The notes under the pieces were generated by a model. It did no database searches. It saw only the letters and a list, made by a program, of their open reading frames with translations, and had not been told where the DNA came from. 40,299 nucleotides of DNA from positions 1-40,299 of the forward strand of contig JAZDKY010000134.1 in the NCBI GenBank assembly GCA_043802525.1, given 5' to 3'. This DNA comes from a bacterium (GTDB lineage: Bacteria > Verrucomicrobiota > Kiritimatiellia > CAIVKH01). The position numbers were made by a program, and so were the translations under genes. This document shows, piece after piece, positions 1 through 9,678 of the stretch. How positions within the stretch are numbered: position 1 is the first letter of the stretch; the number at the start of each line of letters is the position of its first letter.

Positions 1-3000
1 CTGCGCGCTATTCCGCCGCCGCCCGAGGTCATCCACAGCTTCCCACTTGATGCCGATCCGGGATGGACCACGCAAGGTCAATGGGCCTTCGGCGTACCGC
101 AGGGACTGGGGGGCGACCCGAGTTCCGGGCACACCGGCGCCCATGTGTACGGATACAACCTTGCGGGAGCGTACGCGAATGGGATTCCTGAGTACTTCCT
201 GACCACACCTGCGCTGGACTGTTCCGGCTATGAAAACGTTACCCTCAGCTTCCGGCGCTGGCTGGGCGTTGAAAGCGCTTCCTACGACCATGCGCGCGTG
301 TATGCCAGCACGAACGGCACGACGTGGGTGACGCTGTGGAACCATGTCAGCGGCTCATTCCAGGACACGTCCTGGCAGGCCGTCAGCTATGACCTTTCCG
401 CGATAGCCGATGATTCGCCCACCGTCTATCTCCGCTGGGGTATGGGGTCGACCGATGGTTCCGTGACCTACTCCGGGTGGAATATCGACGATATCGAACT
501 TGTCGGAAATCTGACCGACAGCCTGCGTGTCAGTCCGGCTGACGATTTGAGGTCGACGGGCTACCTAGGCGGTCCATTCAACCCGTCAAACAACGTCTAC
601 ACGCTGACGAACAGGGGCAGCACAAACCTGACGTGGACGGCCGTTTGCGCGTCGAACTGGATCAGCATCACGCCGGACAGTGGAACGTTGTCGGCGGGTG
701 TCACAACCGATGTCACGGTGGCCATCAACGCGAACGCCAACGGACTTGGCGTGGGCGCCTACAACGCAACCGTAGCCTTCTGCAATGGTGTCAGCGGGAT
801 GGTGCGGACGCGGACCGTTGCCTTGACCGTGCAGGGCGACATCGCGTTTGACTCCGCCTGCTACACGAACGGCGAGGCTGGTGGGCCAGCGCTGATCACC
901 GTGCGCCGTGTCGGCAACACGAACCGGATCGTGACGGTTGACTTTGCCACCAGCAACGGGACGGCGACGGCGGGGAACGACTATGTGGCCACGAGCGGAA
1001 CGCTGACGTTTGCCGTGGGCGACACGGTCAAGAGCTTTGATGTTCAGGTCCTGAACGATGCCTTGGCGGAAGGGAACGAGACGGTGAACCTGGCGCTGAG
1101 CAACCCCACAGGCGGGGGAGCACTGGGCGATCCATTGGCCGCGACCCTGACGATTGTGGATGACGACGGTTTCCTTGACGACTTCGATCTGAATATTGAC
1201 CTCCCGCAGTGGTCGGCGTTCGGGGGCACGGTCGGCACTACGGTGATCGCCACCAATCATGGTGGTTTTGTGTCGAGTCCCAATTCCTTGTGGTTCAGCG
1301 ACGCCGGCAGTCGGTTTGCCGCCACGCGCTCGTTGGACACGAGTGACGGCGGGCCGATGAGTTTCTGGCTGCGCTTCGGGTACGGGTCCAGTCCGTGGGA
1401 GACGGCAGACCTGCCGGGCGAGGGTGTCGTGGTTGAGTCTTCGACCAATGGCGGAACGAGTTGGCTTGAGATCGGGCGGTACGATACCACCAATTTCTAC
1501 AGTTGGACGTACGTGTCGATGGCCATACCCGTCGCGGCGCAGGGGCCGGTCGTACGGTTCCGTTGGCGGCAACTCAGCCACAGCGGCACCAGTTTCGACC
1601 ATTGGGCGCTGGACAACGTGATGATCAGCACGGTGCCGCCTGATGCGCTCACCGTGACACCCACGGATGGTCTGAGCGCCTCCGGCTACTCAGGCGGTCC
1701 CTTCAGCCCGTCAAACAAGGTCTACACGCTGACGAACACGGACAGCACAAACCTGACGTGGACGGCCGTTTGCGCGTCGAACTGGATCAGCGTCACGCCG
1801 GACAGTGGAACGTTGTCGGCGGGTGTCACAACCGATGTCACGGTGGCCATCAACGCGAACGCCAACGGACTCGGCGTGGGCGACTACAACGCAACCGTAG
1901 CCTTCAGCAATGACGTCAGCGGTGTGGTGCAGACCCGGGCCGTGAGCGTGACGGTGCAGGGCGAGATCGCATTTGACTCCGCGACCTACGCGGTGAGTGA
2001 GACCGGCGGAACGGCCATGATCACGGTGCGCCGCGACGGCAACACAAGCCGGGCGGTGACGGTGGACTTTGCCACCAGCAACGGGACATCGATGGCGGGC
2101 AGCGACTATGTGGCCACGAACGGGACGCTGACGTTTGCTGTGGGCGACACGGTCAAGAGTTTTGGCGTTCAGGTTCTAAACGATGCCTTGGCCGAAGGGA
2201 ACGAGACGGTGAATCTGGTGCTGAGCAATCCCACGGGCGGCGGAACACTGGGCAATCCCGCAGCCGCGACCCTGACGATTCTGGATGACGAGGGAATCGA
2301 TATCTCGCTGCCTCGCAACCTCTACGATGGCTCCAACTACCTGTGGGACATTCAGGGCAACGGAAAGATCAACAACGGAACGATTGACGCCTACGATGGC
2401 GGCCATGTGCTTCTAAACTTCCCCTCCTTCACAAACGGGGTCTTGGTCTCAGCCCGGCAGGTCATGATGGGTCCCTCTGCCTACGGCACGGTCCGCGTCA
2501 CGCGCAAGATCTATGTCCCCGCCGACCGCGGGTTCTGCCGCTTCCTAGAGGTGATGGAAAACGTCGGCAGCGAAGTCGTGACCAACCGGGTCCGGCTCGA
2601 CACGAACCTCGGGTCCGACAGCGGCACCCTCATGGATAGCACGTCCAGCGGCGACACGAGCTTCGGGACGAATGACGACTGGATTGTGACCGACGACGCC
2701 GATGGTTCCGGAGATCCGACGGTGGCGCACGTCATCGCCAACGCATTTGGCCAGCAGCGGGCTTCGGCCGTCACCTACTCCACCGGCGTGCTCGGCTACG
2801 AGTACAGCGTTGTCCTGGCGCCCGGCGAGACGAAGATCGTCATGCACTTCGGCGCGCAGCACCTCAACCGGGCGATCGCGCGCAGCAACGCCGCCAGCCT
2901 CGCCACGCTGGAAGCAGGCGCCCTGCAACTGATGTCCCCCACCGAGATTGCCCAGGTTGTGAACTTCGGGATACCCACGAGCGACAGCGACAACGACGGA

Positions 3001-3369
3001 CTGCCGGACTGGTGGGAGATCCAGGCGGGCCTTAGTCCGTCGGTTTCCAACTCGCCCGGATCGAATGTGGACGGCGATTGGATGACGGATATGGAGGAAT
3101 ACATTGCCGACACGCAGCCGACGAACGGACTTTCCTTCTTCCCTACCATCGTGCTCACCGATGCTCCGACAGGCGCCATGTCGCTTGTGGTGTATCCGAC
3201 TTCGGCCGGGCGCGTGTATGGGGTTCGCTGGACAACCAACCTGATGCTCGACCCGCAGGTGTGGACGCTGTATCCGCCGGAAAAGACCGGGACCGGATCG
3301 GCTGTCACGTTCACGGTGACCAACGACGCGCCGGGCCGGACGTATCGTACAGGCGTGCGTTTGCCTTGA
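1..3369 (+). CDS. Large secreted repeat protein, 5'-partial. The reading frame is open back to the window edge. It has MAM/choice-of-anchor-like beta-sandwich modules, two near-identical roughly 375-aa repeat units ending in Calx-beta-like motifs (TLTIVDDDG / TLTILDDEG), and a C-terminal DSDNDGLPDWWE (thrombospondin-type-3-like) module plus a roughly 90-aa tail domain.
   Basis: ORF 145..3369 has no stop in frame back to nt 1. The Calx-beta-like signature (NDALAEGNETVNL..ATLTIVDDDG) occurs twice. There is an internal nucleotide tandem duplication. The C-terminal module is shared with the next gene. Confidence 0.7.
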   Translation: MRAIPPPPEVIHSFPLDADPGWTTQGQWAFGVPQGLGGDPSSGHTGAHVYGYNLAGAYANGIPEYFLTTPALDCSGYENVTLSFRRWLGVESASYDHARVYASTNGTTWVTLWNHVSGSFQDTSWQAVSYDLSAIADDSPTVYLRWGMGSTDGSVTYSGWNIDDIELVGNLTDSLRVSPADDLRSTGYLGGPFNPSNNVYTLTNRGSTNLTWTAVCASNWISITPDSGTLSAGVTTDVTVAINANANGLGVGAYNATVAFCNGVSGMVRTRTVALTVQGDIAFDSACYTNGEAGGPALITVRRVGNTNRIVTVDFATSNGTATAGNDYVATSGTLTFAVGDTVKSFDVQVLNDALAEGNETVNLALSNPTGGGALGDPLAATLTIVDDDGFLDDFDLNIDLPQWSAFGGTVGTTVIATNHGGFVSSPNSLWFSDAGSRFAATRSLDTSDGGPMSFWLRFGYGSSPWETADLPGEGVVVESSTNGGTSWLEIGRYDTTNFYSWTYVSMAIPVAAQGPVVRFRWRQLSHSGTSFDHWALDNVMISTVPPDALTVTPTDGLSASGYSGGPFSPSNKVYTLTNTDSTNLTWTAVCASNWISVTPDSGTLSAGVTTDVTVAINANANGLGVGDYNATVAFSNDVSGVVQTRAVSVTVQGEIAFDSATYAVSETGGTAMITVRRDGNTSRAVTVDFATSNGTSMAGSDYVATNGTLTFAVGDTVKSFGVQVLNDALAEGNETVNLVLSNPTGGGTLGNPAAATLTILDDEGIDISLPRNLYDGSNYLWDIQGNGKINNGTIDAYDGGHVLLNFPSFTNGVLVSARQVMMGPSAYGTVRVTRKIYVPADRGFCRFLEVMENVGSEVVTNRVRLDTNLGSDSGTLMDSTSSGDTSFGTNDDWIVTDDADGSGDPTVAHVIANAFGQQRASAVTYSTGVLGYEYSVVLAPGETKIVMHFGAQHLNRAIARSNAASLATLEAGALQLMSPTEIAQVVNFGIPTSDSDNDGLPDWWEIQAGLSPSVSNSPGSNVDGDWMTDMEEYIADTQPTNGLSFFPTIVLTDAPTGAMSLVVYPTSAGRVYGVRWTTNLMLDPQVWTLYPPEKTGTGSAVTFTVTNDAPGRTYRTGVRLP
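568..1170 (+). repeat. Intragenic tandem duplication, unit A. It is near-identical at nucleotide level to 1693..2295 (offset 1125 nt).
   Basis: Direct comparison of ggcggtcc...ctgacgatt(g/c)tggatgacga at both positions shows only scattered substitutions. Confidence 0.85.
1693..2295 (+). repeat. Intragenic tandem duplication, unit B (copy of 568..1170).
   Basis: Same comparison as for unit A. Confidence 0.85.
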
Positions 3370-3563
3370 GCCGCCGTACACGCCTCGACGTGGCAAAGGA
3401 CAAGCGGCGCGCCAAGTCCGGCTTCGCCAACTCTTCGGTGGACAACCCGGTGGTATGTCCCTGAACTGACTATGCCTATGAGCGCCCTGCCAACGATTTC
3501 ATGCCACCTCAGTTTGCGATCTGGAATAAATCGACATGCCGGAGCGACTATTGAACCTTACAG

Positions 3564-3659
3564 AATATTGTGACAAGCGCCCGGTCAGGGGACCGGGCCT
3601 ACAACCGCTGTAGGCCGCGTGCCCCCACGCGGCGTCTGATGCTGAAGGGTCACAATATT
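3564..3659 (+). promoter_or_regulatory. Structured 5' leader of the beta-helix protein gene. An 11-bp perfect inverted repeat (aatattgtgac / gtcacaatatt) encloses two GC hairpins (ccggtc-aggg-gaccgg; cgcgtg-ccc-cacgcg).
   Basis: Inverted repeat at 3564-3574 and 3649-3659. The internal palindromes were read directly from the sequence. Confidence 0.3.
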
Positions 3660-3743
3660 TCGCGAGAGTCAATAATACTTGGGAACGGGGGAATCAGCGC
3701 GACACCATCCAGCAGGGGTCTGCGTCAGAGGAGCCATTTGATC

Positions 3744-6700
3744 ATGAACAGGGCCTTGTGCTTGGTGGTTGTGTTTCTGGGCGTTACGGCTGCGCAGGCG
3801 CAGCCGTCAAACCAAGTGTTCTACATGTCGCCCACCGGCAGCGACGCCAATAACGGGCTGAGCGAGGCGGCGCCTTTCAAGACGTTCCTCAAGGCTTTCA
3901 GTACCATGCAGGGCGGCGATGAGCTGGTTCTTCGGGACGGCACGTACTCGGAGGCGGCCGGGACGGGCATCATCCATTGGCAGGGCGCGAATGCCGCGCA
4001 GATCACGTCCGGCGTGGACCTGGCGCGGCAGACGTATGTGCACGCAAAGAATCCGGGCGCGGTCATCCTTGCCGGACAGCTTTTCATCGGCCGCAGTTTT
4101 CGCAAGGACCGGTATATCACGATCCGCGGCATCACGTTCGAGGGCGGCGGCATGATCTACAACGGCGACTATGTCACGATCAAGGAATGCGGCTTTCACG
4201 ATGTGTCCAACGGGGGCGGCAGCGTTTTTGGGATCGGCACCAACGACCATAACGACGGGAACCGCTACAACCTGATCGAGGACTGCTGGATCTGGGGCCG
4301 CAACCGGATCATAGCCTCAAACTACCGCGCGGATCGGAATGTCTGGCGGCGCGTCGTCATCCGCGGCGATGGCTGCAACAGCGCGGATTGCGCGGGCAGT
4401 GGCAATCCCAACGTCGGCGTTACGGTCTACAATTCCAGCGATGTATCGATGCAGAATGTCGTTGTCATCGACCGGATTCTCGACGGCGGCTCGCCGTACG
4501 GCAGCTTCGCCACGGCGCAACATCAGGACTGGGGGGATGGCGCCGGAGAATGGCAAGGCCCCAATGAGTGGCTCGGAACGATTTCGCTCAATGGGGAAGA
4601 CGGCGGTTATGTTTTTGAGGCCGACGACGCCAATGATAACACCCTTCACATGGAAAACATCGTCGCCTGGAAGAACGGGGGCGGACTGAACATCGGTACG
4701 GCTTCCTGGTCGACCAACAAGACCCGCAACATCCACGTCAGCAATGCGACGCTCGGCGAAAACGGGGACCATGACGGCTTGCGCGTCGCGCCGGAAGTGC
4801 CGCCGCCGGGCATCGTGCGCAATGTGATCGTGTACAAGGCGTCGCGCGGCGTCAATTCGAGCGTGCAGCCGGGCTACTGCGATGTCGATGGGGCGACGGT
4901 GTCGGATTACAATCAGACCGCCTGCGCGACAGGCTGCAGGACCAGCAACCCAACGGCCGACGGCGCGATCCCGTCCCTGAAATACATCACCCGCATCGAG
5001 GCCGGATCGGCGCTCAAGGGTACGGGTTTCGGCGGCGCGGATTACGGCGCAAACGTCCTGTACCGCTACGGTGTGGACGGATCGCGCTACGGCGACACCA
5101 ACTACAACACGCTGACCGCGTCGCCGCTCTGGCCCTGGCCGTACGAGGATCGGATCAAGGCGCAACTGGCGCAGGATTCGACGCGTGGCTTCTGCGCCAC
5201 GAACACAACGCTGACACGGTACATCTGGGAATACCTGGGCCATCCGATCCCGACCACTATCTACGGCGGCGCTTCGACGGGAACGGTCTTCTACGTGGAC
5301 GACGATGCGCCGGACAACAGCGGCGACGGCCTGACTCCTGCAACGGCCATGCACAACCTTTCGGCGGCGCTGGCGCTTTGCAACACGAACGGCGGCGATA
5401 CGGTCACCCTGCTGGATGGCGTGTACGACGAGGCGGCGGATCGCATCCAGCACAGCGTCCTGCCGAAGACGCCGACGAACTACACGACGATCAAGGCGTT
5501 GAACCGGTGGGGCGTGGACATGCGGCAGCCGCTGGACTGCAGCGTGGACAATGCGGTTCGGAATTACGTCGAGCTGGACGGCCTGCGTTTCACGAGCCTG
5601 GGCAATCACACGTTTGCCGGCGCGCGGTGGAAGATTCGGAACTGCGCCTTCCACGGAAGGCTCGGCATGGGCAACAACGGCAGCTCGCTGCCCGGATTGG
5701 CCTGCGAATACAACCTCGTTGAAGACTGTCACGTCTGGGGTCCCGGCGCGACGAACTCCATGCGGTACAAGGTGCAGGTGTACAACAGCCGGAACATCAT
5801 CGTGCGATGCGTTGTCGCGCGGCACGACGGCCAGTACTGGTCCGTTGGCGTGCAGAATCCATCGGCGGTCTTCGTGGTGTACAGTTGCCAGAACGTGATG
5901 CTGCAGAACTGCATCGCCATCGACAGCCCGGGTCCGGACTGCGACGAATGGTCCGCGGGCTACTACACCGCGGACCATCGCGGCAACAACCAGTTGCTGT
6001 GGAGCAACGTGGCGTGGCAGGGTTGCATCGCGGCGCAGATCACCGGCACGTACGCGTTCCGGATCGACAACGGCCAGGACGCCGGGGCGACCGACCGTTA
6101 CGACAACTGCGTCGTGATCGGCGGCCAGGGACCGACCGCCTTCGTGGCCTGGAACAACTACTCCGTTTCCTCGCGCCTCGAATACACGCAATGTTCGGTT
6201 GTGAACACGGGCAACGTCCGCTATGCCACCGGCTTCTCGGAGGGCGGCTATGTTTCATCCGCACGGCGTTGCGTCGTACGCGGTGTGAGCGGTTCGGCGA
6301 TCGGGACGATCAACACGACGCAGTACAACAACGCCTTTGCGTGCGGTTCGAACAACCCTGGCAACAACGGGTTTACCACGGACCCGGAAACCAACGGGCT
6401 GCTGTATCCGATCCGCATCGAACCCGGGAGCTTGCTGCAGACGGCGGGTGGCGGATCCCGGGTCGGCGCGGATCTTTCCAAGGCGTGGGGCGTTTCCGGT
6501 TCGTTCTGGGGCGATCCAGGCTATGACGCGCCGACGACGAATAACCTGTGGCCGTTCCCGAACGAGGCGCAGATCCAGTCGGACTTCCGCGCGTTCGATA
6601 ATACGTCCGACGAGTGGCGTGGGTTCTGCGCGCCGGGGATGACCTTGACACGCTACCTCTGGGAGTACCTGGGCCGGCCGGCCGACTCGGACGACGACCG

Positions 6701-7052
6701 GCTGCCGGACTGGTGGGAGTGGCTGTATTTTGGTTCGGCCACCGGCGCGGTGGCCTCCACGGACAACGACGCGGACGGCCACACGGCTGGGCAGGAGTAT
6801 GTTGCCGGAACAGATCCGACGAATGTGAATTCCGTCTTTGAATTCGCCTCGGTCGGCTGCGTGACGGCCGGGGCCACCATTACCTGGCCGTCGGTGAGCA
6901 ACCGGGTCTATTCCATTTCGCGCGGAACAAACCTCAGCGACAGCGCCTTCGCCCCGCTGAACACCAACCTGGTCGCGACGCCGCCGGTGAATGTTTATAC
7001 CGACACCGTCCAATCCGCGGGACCGTGGTTCTACCGGATCCGTGTGCGATAA
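3744..7052 (+). CDS. Secreted right-handed parallel beta-helix (pectin-lyase-fold) repeat protein. It ends in the same DSDDDRLPDWWE module plus C-terminal tail domain as the upstream gene.
   Basis: Start ATG at 3744 lies downstream of GAGGAG. There is a signal-peptide-like N-terminus (MNRALCLVVVFLGVTAAQAQ). PbH1-like repeats are present (NIHVSNATLG, NVMLQNCIAID). The module GFCA..TLTRY(I/L)WEYLG occurs twice. Confidence 0.6.
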   Translation: MNRALCLVVVFLGVTAAQAQPSNQVFYMSPTGSDANNGLSEAAPFKTFLKAFSTMQGGDELVLRDGTYSEAAGTGIIHWQGANAAQITSGVDLARQTYVHAKNPGAVILAGQLFIGRSFRKDRYITIRGITFEGGGMIYNGDYVTIKECGFHDVSNGGGSVFGIGTNDHNDGNRYNLIEDCWIWGRNRIIASNYRADRNVWRRVVIRGDGCNSADCAGSGNPNVGVTVYNSSDVSMQNVVVIDRILDGGSPYGSFATAQHQDWGDGAGEWQGPNEWLGTISLNGEDGGYVFEADDANDNTLHMENIVAWKNGGGLNIGTASWSTNKTRNIHVSNATLGENGDHDGLRVAPEVPPPGIVRNVIVYKASRGVNSSVQPGYCDVDGATVSDYNQTACATGCRTSNPTADGAIPSLKYITRIEAGSALKGTGFGGADYGANVLYRYGVDGSRYGDTNYNTLTASPLWPWPYEDRIKAQLAQDSTRGFCATNTTLTRYIWEYLGHPIPTTIYGGASTGTVFYVDDDAPDNSGDGLTPATAMHNLSAALALCNTNGGDTVTLLDGVYDEAADRIQHSVLPKTPTNYTTIKALNRWGVDMRQPLDCSVDNAVRNYVELDGLRFTSLGNHTFAGARWKIRNCAFHGRLGMGNNGSSLPGLACEYNLVEDCHVWGPGATNSMRYKVQVYNSRNIIVRCVVARHDGQYWSVGVQNPSAVFVVYSCQNVMLQNCIAIDSPGPDCDEWSAGYYTADHRGNNQLLWSNVAWQGCIAAQITGTYAFRIDNGQDAGATDRYDNCVVIGGQGPTAFVAWNNYSVSSRLEYTQCSVVNTGNVRYATGFSEGGYVSSARRCVVRGVSGSAIGTINTTQYNNAFACGSNNPGNNGFTTDPETNGLLYPIRIEPGSLLQTAGGGSRVGADLSKAWGVSGSFWGDPGYDAPTTNNLWPFPNEAQIQSDFRAFDNTSDEWRGFCAPGMTLTRYLWEYLGRPADSDDDRLPDWWEWLYFGSATGAVASTDNDADGHTAGQEYVAGTDPTNVNSVFEFASVGCVTAGATITWPSVSNRVYSISRGTNLSDSAFAPLNTNLVATPPVNVYTDTVQSAGPWFYRIRVR

Positions 7053-7201
7053 GTCATCTGGATGCGTTGTCAGTCCCTTTTTCCTGCGCGAATCAAGATT
7101 CGCGCAACAGGGCGCAGGCAAGCATGCGCCCTCCAGGTCAGGGCCAATCCTTGGAAACTTTGAAGGTGAATTTTCCAACCATTGGAAATACTCTGCCACA
7201 C

Positions 7202-8008
7202 GTGAAGCGCATCATCACTTTGGCCACGTGTCTCCTCGCCATCGGCTGCTCCGACAAGAGAGTCGACGAACTCCAGAAGAAGCTGGACGAGCAGCAGGCC
7301 CGGCTGCAGCAACTGGAAAAACAGGTCGGCGAAGAAGACGCCAAGCTGAAAGCGGTCGACGCCAAGCTTCTCGAGGCGCAGCGGTACGCACGCCAGATCG
7401 GGACATCGCAAAGGGAATCAATGCGCCTGCAGCGCGGCCACCAGCAGCAAATCGACGGCGTGCGCGATGACCTGGCCGAACTGCAGCAGAAATTTTTCAC
7501 GCCCCTGACACCCCTGCTGACGGCGAATCCGCCCGCCACCGCCGTCACGACAGCCCCCGCCCCGGCCTACACAGCCCCGATCAGTGTGTATTCACAGCCG
7601 GATCCAGCGGTCTCGGATTTCATCCAACCACCGGCCGGCACGAACAACGACCTGTTCCCCGTTTCCGTCAGCGATGTGCGAGGCGTGAAAGTGGTGTCGG
7701 GGTCGTACACAACAACACAGACCGTGCCGACGGATGACACGTACGTGGACGATTTCGGCGAGAAACAGAACCGGACCCGGATCGAAGAAGTCACCATGCC
7801 CGAACACGACTACCGGGTCTCGTACACGGTCCAGAACCTGACCCGCACGCCGAAACTGTTGGCGGTGGGCGCGGGACGGAAGACCAAGCCCGTGACGCTC
7901 CAGCCCGGCGAAACCCTGACCGATGTCGTCGATTCCGCCTTGGGGGCCGACCTGACCGTCCGCATCGGCGGAACGGTCAGGCGCTATCCGGCCGGCTACG
8001 ACGAGTAG
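7202..8008 (+). CDS. Lipoprotein with a coiled-coil region. The putative GTG start gives MKRIITLATCLLAIGCS with a lipobox. An alternative ATG start lies upstream at 7124.
   Basis: Lipobox LLAIGC follows a hydrophobic stretch. A Q/E/K-rich heptad-like segment is present. The ORF frame is 7025..8008. Confidence 0.45.
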   Translation: MKRIITLATCLLAIGCSDKRVDELQKKLDEQQARLQQLEKQVGEEDAKLKAVDAKLLEAQRYARQIGTSQRESMRLQRGHQQQIDGVRDDLAELQQKFFTPLTPLLTANPPATAVTTAPAPAYTAPISVYSQPDPAVSDFIQPPAGTNNDLFPVSVSDVRGVKVVSGSYTTTQTVPTDDTYVDDFGEKQNRTRIEEVTMPEHDYRVSYTVQNLTRTPKLLAVGAGRKTKPVTLQPGETLTDVVDSALGADLTVRIGGTVRRYPAGYDE

Positions 8009-8056
8009 CCGTAATCCGCGGGCAGCCGGAAGGCTGCCCCTCCAGCGGAGTCATGA

Positions 8057-8461
8057 CTACTTGTTGCGGCGCGCTTTCCTCTTTTCGATCGCCAACTGGG
8101 CTTCGCTCTCGTCAATCTGGCCGTCGTCGTTGCTGTCGGCCGCGTTCAAGGCTTTCGTCGTGGCCTTTGCGGATTCGAACAGGAACTCATTCTGCGTGAT
8201 GTATCCATCGCCGTTCGTGTCGAGTTTCTTCAGCGTGTCCTTGCTGCCGACTTCCGCTTCGCTCAGGACGCTGTTGTCGTCGGTGTCGAGTTGCTTGAAC
8301 AGTTCAAGCCTCTTCGCCTTGTTGCCGGAGTACGCGGTGGCGATTTCATCGGCCGTCAAAACGGAATCCCCGTTCTTGTTCACGCCCATTCGGGCATCTG
8401 CCGTCAAAACCGCCGCAAACGCGGCCACACAAACGGACGCGGTGACCATGCTATGTTTCAT
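8057..8461 (-). CDS. Secreted EF-hand calcium-binding protein with three EF-hand loops.
   Basis: Signal-peptide-like N-terminus. Loops DTDDNSVLSEAE, DTNGDGYITQNE and DSNDDGQIDESE match the 12-residue EF-hand consensus. Confidence 0.8.
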   Translation of the reverse strand: MKHSMVTASVCVAAFAAVLTADARMGVNKNGDSVLTADEIATAYSGNKAKRLELFKQLDTDDNSVLSEAEVGSKDTLKKLDTNGDGYITQNEFLFESAKATTKALNAADSNDDGQIDESEAQLAIEKRKARRNK

Positions 8462-8631
8462 GACTCGGTATTTCTCCTTTTGCGCTTCTTCAGCGCTTAT
8501 CTTCTGACGAATGCCGCGCCGATTTGTTCAGCGCGGCATGAAATTGTTTCCAGCCCCGTTTGGATGCGGCACAGCCGCATCCATCACGGCCGCCAAGCGG
8601 CGGATTATTCGTGTTTCGCGAATAATCCAGG

Positions 8632-9407
8632 CTAACCAGCGCATAGCTGGGCGGTTACAAAAGAGTAGCTCTGCTTGATGGACTCGAACGGGTCACCAGG
8701 GCACTCATCCTGCTCGATGATATACCACCTGCAAGCGGAGGCGTCCGCAGCATTGATGATGCCCTTCCAGTTCAGGTTGCCGTTGCCGACTTCCGCAAAC
8801 ACCACCTTGCTGTCGTGTCCGACGCCGTAGTCTTTCATGTGAACGAGCGGCACGCGGTTGTTGAGCTTCGCGCACCAAGCCACCGGATTCGCGCCGCCGA
8901 ACTGGACCCAATAGGTATCGATCTCCGCCTGCAGGTACTTCGGGTCCGTGTCGGCAAATATCATCTCGAGGATCGGGCGGTTCGCGATGCGCCGGAACTC
9001 CATGTGATGGTTATGGTAGCACAGCGTCAGCCCCGCCTCGTGCAACACCCGTCCCGCCTCGTTCAAGCCCGTGATCAGTTTTTTGACCTCCTCGGCATCG
9101 CCGAAATCCACGCCGCCCGGCCACGGGTACACCGCATACTTGCAGCCGAGCTGGCCAAGCCGTTCGACCACTTTCTGAGGTTCGCCGAGGATTGTTTCGG
9201 GCGACTCGTGCGACGCGCAACAGGCCAGACCTTCGCCCTTGAGGACCTTGGCGTATTCTTCCATCGATAGCGGGCCCGTGCCGGCAGCCTCAACGACGCC
9301 AAACCCGATGCTCCGCACTTTCTTCAACGACGCAACCATGTCCTCCGCCGTCTTCATCTGCTCGCGCAGCGTGTACAACTGCACGGCCACCTGGTTTTTT
9401 TTCATAA
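8632..9407 (-). CDS. Sugar phosphate isomerase/epimerase (xylose-isomerase-like TIM barrel).
   Basis: MKKNQVAVQLYTLRE...CYHNHHMEF...LVHMKDY is typical of this family. The start at 9407 has an AAGAGGGA-like RBS, and the upstream in-frame extension is unlikely. Confidence 0.75.
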
Positions 9408-9530
9408 TGATCCCTCTTATACTCTGCGAAGTAGCGAAGCCGCCTTCGCTACGTAGCACGAGCCGCGTGCCCGATTCTCGACTATGGACCCTCATTCAAC
9501 AGGCCTGAATTCGTGGTCGTGAGTCAACGT

Positions 9531-9637
9531 GCCGCTGAGATGTAGCGTCGGCTTACCCCGGCTTGCCGGGGAAGCCGAAAGTGCCGGGATATCCTTCGCT
9601 TCCCGGATGCCGGGTAAGCGAACGCTACATCAGCGGC
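9531..9637. repeat. Roughly 100-bp extended imperfect palindrome (arms about 29 bp: gccgctgagatgtagcgtcggcttacccgg / ccgggtaagcgaacgctacatcagcggc) with nested inner inverted repeats. It lies between the peptidase 3' end and the isomerase 5' end.
   Basis: The reverse-complement match of the two arms was read directly from the sequence. Confidence 0.5.
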
Positions 9638-9678
9638 AAATTGATACACGGCCGAATTCGCGTTCATTCGTGGTTTCC

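Noticed and set aside
586-1602. Long antisense ORFs opposite nearly every real gene (e.g. 586..1602-, 4317..6191-, 6255..7199-, 9529..10896+, 11200..12204-, 12251..13849-, 14029..14790-, 22517..23605-, 26305..27567-, 29293..31146-, 33042..33872-, 34440..35312-, 36220..37092-, 37031..37864-, 38172..38828-)
   Set aside because: These are typical high-GC shadow ORFs. They are Arg/Pro/Ala-rich with no recognisable domains, and each overlaps a gene with strong domain evidence on the other strand.
7025-7201. Long N-terminal extension of the lipoprotein ORF overlapping the end of gene 2
   Set aside because: The extension overlaps the preceding gene's terminal hairpins and lacks signal-peptide features. 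The lipobox only makes sense with the start near 7202.
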